64,000 nt of DNA from Marinilabiliales bacterium (lineage in GTDB: Bacteria; Bacteroidota; Bacteroidia; Bacteroidales; ML635J-15). The notes beneath the pieces were generated by a model. That model was not told the origin of the DNA and searched no databases. It was given only the letters and a program-made list of their open reading frames with translations. Position numbers and translations under genes: made by a program. This document shows, in pieces, positions 59,345 to 64,000 of the stretch; the first letter of the stretch is position 1; each line of letters opens with the position of its first letter. Where the stretch lies: NCBI GenBank assembly GCA_002869385.1, contig PKTB01000026.1, positions 8,104 to 72,103 on the forward strand, written 5' to 3'.

Positions 59345-59540
59345 GGCGCTAACGGTCAAAGCTATGTGTAGTGCGACAAGGAATAGATTTGTCCTGTCAA
59401 GTTCGCACTTAGCCAAAGCTTTTTATTTTGTTTTAGTTTTTCTGTTTAAAGCCAAATTGAAAGATTTGGCGATAGATAGGATAGGAGACAAATGAAATTT
59501 TCCCTCCAAAAGAGCATTACATATAGGTGTTGTTACCGCC
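59345..59540 (-). repeat. attC-like site, divergent interior
   Basis: ggcgctaacggtcaaagctatg...tataggtgttgttaccgcc. Confidence 0.85.
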
Positions 59541-59562
59541 TGGTTGTTGTCGATACCCTCTA

Positions 59563-61167
59563 TTATGGTTGAAATATCAATTTTTCGACTTTGACTAGTT
59601 TTCTGTCGACAAATAAATTACAAATATAAGTTCCGGGTTTCCAACCTTTTGTTGGAATAGTAGTTGTTTCACTTGTAACAGGAATAATATCCTTTAAATG
59701 CCCGTTTACACCTGCTATCTTTATTTCTACATTTTGGTAATTGGGTAGTATCGTTTTAACAGTAAACCCATTACTGCTTGGGTTAGGGAATACTTGCATC
59801 TCTATCTGTTCAAACTCTGGTATATCATTACAAAGCTCAATATAAATTGTTTTCTCAGCAGATTTTATACAGCCATCTTGCGAAACTGTGACTTGTACAT
59901 TGTATTCGCCAACCTCTGTGTAAGTATGTACTGGGTCTTTTACATTATCTGCTCCTGAGTCTGCAAAATCCCACTCCCATGTATCTGCATAAGGGTTATT
60001 ATTATATAAATTCACATCAACTTCACCACCCTCAAGATAAAAAGTATCTGCGTAAGTGTTAATGCGTGGTTTTAGGTAATCACAACCATTGTCTGGCATG
60101 TAAAGTTTTACCATTCCTTTTGAGCGTATTCTTTCTCCATTGGGGACACTATCCCATGTTTGAAAGCCACCGCCAATATACAATGTATCACGAAATATTT
60201 CAAGTGCAAAGATATTATCCGAAAAAGCTCCACCAATACTATCCCAACTCTCACCGTTCCATTTAGTAATAAACGTACGATATTCATCTTCCTCTGTATA
60301 ATACATACCTGTACCTGTATAAAGTTCTCCTCTGTAGATCTCCAGTGCTTGATGCCATGCTGTTGTCCCATTATAATCTCCTAGAGCATTCCAGTTAAAA
60401 CCATCCCACATTGCAACTGCATGTGAAGTTTCACCACCAACTGCTGAAAACTGTCCTCCAACAAACATAAAGCTGTTTATTGTATCTGTATCCAAAGCAA
60501 AAACAAAACCATTGGGTTCTACCTCAAAATCCTCCCATTCTGTCCCACCAAGATATTTACGTAAGCCAAAGTAACCGCCAACATATAGCTCATTATTAAA
60601 AACCGTTATTGATGAAACCCATGTTCCCATATAGCCTATATTTAGCCAATTTACACCATCATAAGCAGCAATTTTATAAAAAACCTCGTCACCAATTTGT
60701 GTAAACCTACCACCTACAATCAGCATATCATTATAGATACAAAAGTCCTCAACATATGTACTGAAACCACCTATCGATGTTCCTTGCCAATTCGTACCAT
60801 TCCATATTGCACCCCCTCTGGTATCAGGGTTTTCACTAACACTCGGGAATGACCCTCCAATATACAAAGTATCCCTATAGACAATTGCTTTATAAATAAA
60901 ACCGTTATCAATCCCTTCCTCATAAATAGATGGTTCTGTCTTATCCCAACTTGCAATTCCATGTGCTTCAAGTGTATTTATTTTACTAAATGAACCTGCA
61001 AGATAAATAACCGAATCTCCAGAATTATAGAAATCGTATATGCTAATTGCTCCACCTAAACTATTATAAAGACTATCTATACCAACAAAATTATCATCCC
61101 ATGTTTGAGTTGATGCTTCTAGAGTAAATCCAGAAATCAGAATTATTAATATGATATATTTCTTCAT
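59563..61167 (-). CDS. T9SS type A CTD protein: beta-propeller (W[DN]G..W repeats) plus PKD domain
   Basis: LY.GG.F / W[DN]G..W repeats, WEWDF...PVHTY...GEY and FPNP. Confidence 0.82.
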   Translation of the reverse strand: MKKYIILIILISGFTLEASTQTWDDNFVGIDSLYNSLGGAISIYDFYNSGDSVIYLAGSFSKINTLEAHGIASWDKTEPSIYEEGIDNGFIYKAIVYRDTLYIGGSFPSVSENPDTRGGAIWNGTNWQGTSIGGFSTYVEDFCIYNDMLIVGGRFTQIGDEVFYKIAAYDGVNWLNIGYMGTWVSSITVFNNELYVGGYFGLRKYLGGTEWEDFEVEPNGFVFALDTDTINSFMFVGGQFSAVGGETSHAVAMWDGFNWNALGDYNGTTAWHQALEIYRGELYTGTGMYYTEEDEYRTFITKWNGESWDSIGGAFSDNIFALEIFRDTLYIGGGFQTWDSVPNGERIRSKGMVKLYMPDNGCDYLKPRINTYADTFYLEGGEVDVNLYNNNPYADTWEWDFADSGADNVKDPVHTYTEVGEYNVQVTVSQDGCIKSAEKTIYIELCNDIPEFEQIEMQVFPNPSSNGFTVKTILPNYQNVEIKIAGVNGHLKDIIPVTSETTTIPTKGWKPGTYICNLFVDRKLVKVEKLIFQP

Positions 61168-61218
61168 TTAGAGTGTAATATACAAAAATTCATTTAGACT
61201 GCAATGGTTTTTCAACTT

Positions 61219-61420
61219 GGCGGTAACGGTCGCAGCTATGTACCGTGCGGGACAGTAGTCCCGAAACCACGGTCAAATTAGCTGCGAAGCCAAATTTACT
61301 ATTTTGATTTTAATTTAATCATTCGTAAAAGCCAAATTGTGAATTTGGCGGTGGTTCGGAAACGCGACTGCCTTTATTTTACCTATATACCCCGCATGGT
61401 ATATAGGTGTTGTTAGCAAC
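61219..61420 (-). repeat. attC-like site
   Basis: ggcggtaacggtcgcagctatg...ggtgttgttagcaac. Confidence 0.88.
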
Positions 61421-61427
61421 CGTTTTT

Positions 61428-62105
61428 TTACCAATGATATGTCATTAGTAATATGAATAACAAGGATATTAACTGTAGTGCTAAACTTGCAATAGTAAGT
61501 CCTAAACCTTTATATTTTTCTGGATTTAACAGTATTATTATTAAAGAAGTTAATGAGAATATTACTCCCAAAATAGCTAGCGAGTATCAAACTAAAGTTA
61601 AGAAAAGATAGAGCATAAGTCCATCTAAAAATGAACCTATAATTGCTGACGTAGACAGAATACTTAAAATAAAACCAGCTTTTGTTGACCAATGCATTTC
61701 TTTTTCTCCTGTATTGCCAGATAATACTTTTGTGTCTTCTATTATTACTTCATGTTTTTGTGGGTTTCTAGTCAAGGTACTGTTTTGATCAGTAGTGTTT
61801 ACTACCTCAATATCATTGATGTTTTCGTTATTGGAAGCATAAACAGGTTCAATTTTTTGAATAGCTATAGGTTGAATAAAATCTTCGATTTTTTCAACAT
61901 TATTCTTCTTTATTTTATTTTCGTAAGAAGCTGTTTCTTGTTGTTCAACTGAATTATTTTCAGGATTAGCATCTGATTTTCTATTTACATTATGCCAATC
62001 AACGTAGTAACCCGGTTGATATGAACGTTTTTCAATCGTACAGGAATTTAGTCCAGCTATTAAAATTAGGATTAAAAAGAGAAAAATGTATGTCTGTTTT
62101 TGCAT
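61428..62105 (-). CDS. Lipoprotein paralog 4 with in-frame TGA at 61587-61589
   Basis: Read-through LV*YSLAILG...NPEKYKG...HW-stop restores the family C-terminus. Confidence 0.78.
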
Positions 62106-62125
62106 GTTGATTCTGTGTGTGAAAT

Positions 62126-62329
62126 GGTTGCTAACGGTCGCAGCTATGTACCGTGCGGGACAGGAGTCCCGAGACCACGGTCAAAGTTGCTGCGAAGCCA
62201 AATTTACTATTTTGATTTTAATTTATTCATTTGTAAAAGCCAAATTGTGAATTTGGCGGTGGAACGGAAATGTGACTGCCAGAATTACCCGCATAAAACC
62301 CCGCATGGTATATAGGTGTTGTTAGCGAC
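62126..62329 (-). repeat. attC-like site
   Basis: ggttgctaacggtcgcagctatg...ggtgttgttagcgac. Confidence 0.88.
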
Positions 62330-62339
62330 AGGTGTTTTG

Positions 62340-63068
62340 TTAGTCATGTCTGTTTCTTATTAATTTGATAGCTTCATTTTTGTATTCATCGTAAAAATTA
62401 CAGTTACATGTACTATCAAGATATTCAAACATTACTGAGTTATATTCGTTTTCGACTTCATACAGTAATTCATAATCATTAACCTCAGGAGAAGCATAAA
62501 TATATTTAAACCCAAATAGATTTTCTAGGTATTTTATTTCTGTATTATTTAAACCTCCATCTCCAGGAATTAAATTTAGAAAATATATATTACCGTTTTT
62601 TATGTCTTCTTTTGCTTTTTCTGCACTGTAACCTATTTTATTTCTCAAGGTTGTATTTACTTTTTTTTGCCATATGGAATCTGATAAACAAAAAATGAAA
62701 TATTTGTTTTGTACTAGGTCGATAGAAGTCAAGTTGAAGTCTTTTTTTATAAATTCATTGATTGAGATTTGAAAATCAAGATTATCAAAATCTACATCAT
62801 TAATAATGAATCTGCCAGTTGTATCAGTTTCAACACTTTGCACTAAAGTATTGTGGTGATAGACATGAATTTGTGCAATTAAGAACGTTGCTTCTTTGTC
62901 GTCAGAATATGAGTATACTAGTTTGTTTTTGACTTCCTTATCGTTGTGATATATTTTTCCAATTATTTTAGAATCACACAACATTACTTTACCAAAAAAA
63001 GTAAATGATTGTTGTCCAATACTAAATACAGCATGAAACAAAAAAATTATTATTAGAGTTCCTTTCAT
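62340..63068 (-). CDS. Hypothetical secreted protein
   Basis: Signal peptide; single gene between two repeats. Confidence 0.7.
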   Translation of the reverse strand: MKGTLIIIFLFHAVFSIGQQSFTFFGKVMLCDSKIIGKIYHNDKEVKNKLVYSYSDDKEATFLIAQIHVYHHNTLVQSVETDTTGRFIINDVDFDNLDFQISINEFIKKDFNLTSIDLVQNKYFIFCLSDSIWQKKVNTTLRNKIGYSAEKAKEDIKNGNIYFLNLIPGDGGLNNTEIKYLENLFGFKYIYASPEVNDYELLYEVENEYNSVMFEYLDSTCNCNFYDEYKNEAIKLIRNRHD

Positions 63069-63087
63069 AAAGTGGGGTTTTACACTT

Positions 63088-63287
63088 GACGCTAACGGTT
63101 GCAGCTATGTGGAGTGCGAAAAAGGAATAGCGATTCCTTCGTAAGAGTTCCTACTAAGCCAGATTTTTTTATTTTGTTTTTAAATTTTATCGTAAAAGCC
63201 AAATCAAAAAATTTGGCGGTGAACGAAAGCGTGACTCACGAACGGTTACAGCCGCTTTTCGCATTACATATAGGTGTTGTTAGCCAC
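63088..63287 (-). repeat. attC-like site
   Basis: gacgctaacggttgcagctatg...taggtgttgttagccac. Confidence 0.88.
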
Positions 63288-63293
63288 TGGCTT

Positions 63294-64000
63294 TTAGTAG
63301 ACATTTAATATGATATGACATAGAGTTTTTATTCTAATTTGATCATCATGTTTCGTTAAGTAATAGGTAAAACCAGAATTCTCCATTTCTTTCACACCAT
63401 AAGAACCTTTTACGAAACCCATTTCTTCTGTCATAATCAAGTTTAAGTATTCTTCATCAATCTTTTTACTTTTACAATGATTTATCATTATAATGTAACC
63501 ATACTTTTCAAAATCTGTTAAGTATTTTAGAATTTGTTTTGGAACGACATTTTTGTCCTTGTTCCACCAACCTTTGAATTCAATTATCTTAGTTCCAATA
63601 CTTTTGTCCTCAATTTTCAAGTCTATTCTGCCATTACCTTTAGGTGACTCTGAATTTACAGATTCATATTTACATGTTAAAAAGGTTTTGAACCAATCTC
63701 TGAATGATTCTTCACTTTTTTTCGGAGTATTCTTTATTATTCTAATACCCTCACATTTTACATCTTGGTTCTGGATTTCATGAACTCCTTTTAAAAGTAT
63801 TTCAACAAATGTTTCATTTTGTTTTTCTTCTATTGAGAATTGTTCTTTAAACTCAGGATATCTTTCAATTATTTGAAAAATAGATTTAAACATAACCCCA
63901 TCTGAATAGGCTGTTTTTTGTGGATTCTTCAGTATCCTTGATTTCGGATTATTTATTACTGTCTTTGATGCTAATATTCCTTGCCCTGTAAGATAGTCTA
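63294..64000 (-). CDS. Protein with C-terminal PD-(D/E)XK nuclease-like domain; 5' end beyond the window
   Basis: E..F...ESPKGNGRIDLKI...IIEFK...QILKYL; frame open to 64000. Confidence 0.65.
   Translation of the reverse strand, partial: DYLTGQGILASKTVINNPKSRILKNPQKTAYSDGVMFKSIFQIIERYPEFKEQFSIEEKQNETFVEILLKGVHEIQNQDVKCEGIRIIKNTPKKSEESFRDWFKTFLTCKYESVNSESPKGNGRIDLKIEDKSIGTKIIEFKGWWNKDKNVVPKQILKYLTDFEKYGYIIMINHCKSKKIDEEYLNLIMTEEMGFVKGSYGVKEMENSGFTYYLTKHDDQIRIKTLCHIILNVY

Larger units (their letters stand above)
48146..64000 (-). mobile_element. Integron-like gene cassette array; no integrase in the window; continues past the window end
   Basis: 12 related repeats (complete copies bounded by TAAC...GTT) separating co-oriented genes. 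Confidence 0.85.

Noticed and set aside
4952-61589. Stop-codon reassignment (alternative genetic code) as the cause of the in-frame stops
   Set aside because: All three stop codons occur, they replace different residues (E, G, S, Y), the same codons end genes normally, and parallel G>T missense changes exist
55499-63287. CRISPR array or tandem IS/MITE copies
   Set aside because: Repeats are ~200 bp with gene-sized spacers; no cas or transposase genes and no target-site duplications; the AAC/GTT ends fit attC
55470-63308. Small + strand ORFs 55470..55766, 55525..55710, 56499..56735, 62100..62315 and 63099..63308
   Set aside because: They are translations of the attC-like repeats, so their mutual similarity comes from the repeat
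978-63783. Many short antisense or overlapping ORFs in the track (e.g. 978..1172, 1663..1959, 4560..4865, 42418..42861, 60066..60384)
   Set aside because: Shadow frames of longer well-supported genes or repeats, with no recognisable motifs

Overview
AT-rich Bacteroidota DNA, probably Bacteroidales, judged from many T9SS C-terminal-domain proteins, a SprB-like protein, DUF4783 and TAnnTTTG promoter motifs. Positions 1-48 kb are mostly backbone genes (MBL hydrolase, nitroreductase, sensor kinase, rlmH, nadC, YihY, GT2, dicarboxylate symporter, EFR1 ferredoxin, tRNA-Pro, trxB/thioredoxin/Crp, LysM protein, PASTA-rluD) interrupted by accessory secreted-protein blocks. From ~48.1 kb to the window end there is an integron-like cassette array. 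It has 12 attC-like ~200-bp imperfect inverted repeats (9 complete, 3 truncated) separating co-oriented minus-strand genes: T9SS cargo proteins, a ParDE module, four paralogous lipoproteins and a nuclease-like gene. Core sites pair across cassettes, as expected for excisable circles. No integrase lies in the window. Other notable points are palindromes inserted into the distal attC-like sites, a repeatedly duplicated efr1-3'/tRNA-Pro site, a secreted caspase-like protease with an SRG-motif partner, and 17 in-frame stops plus many missense changes that fit G>T/C>A substitutions (probably damage or artefact, not recoding). All calls are by eye, without database searches.
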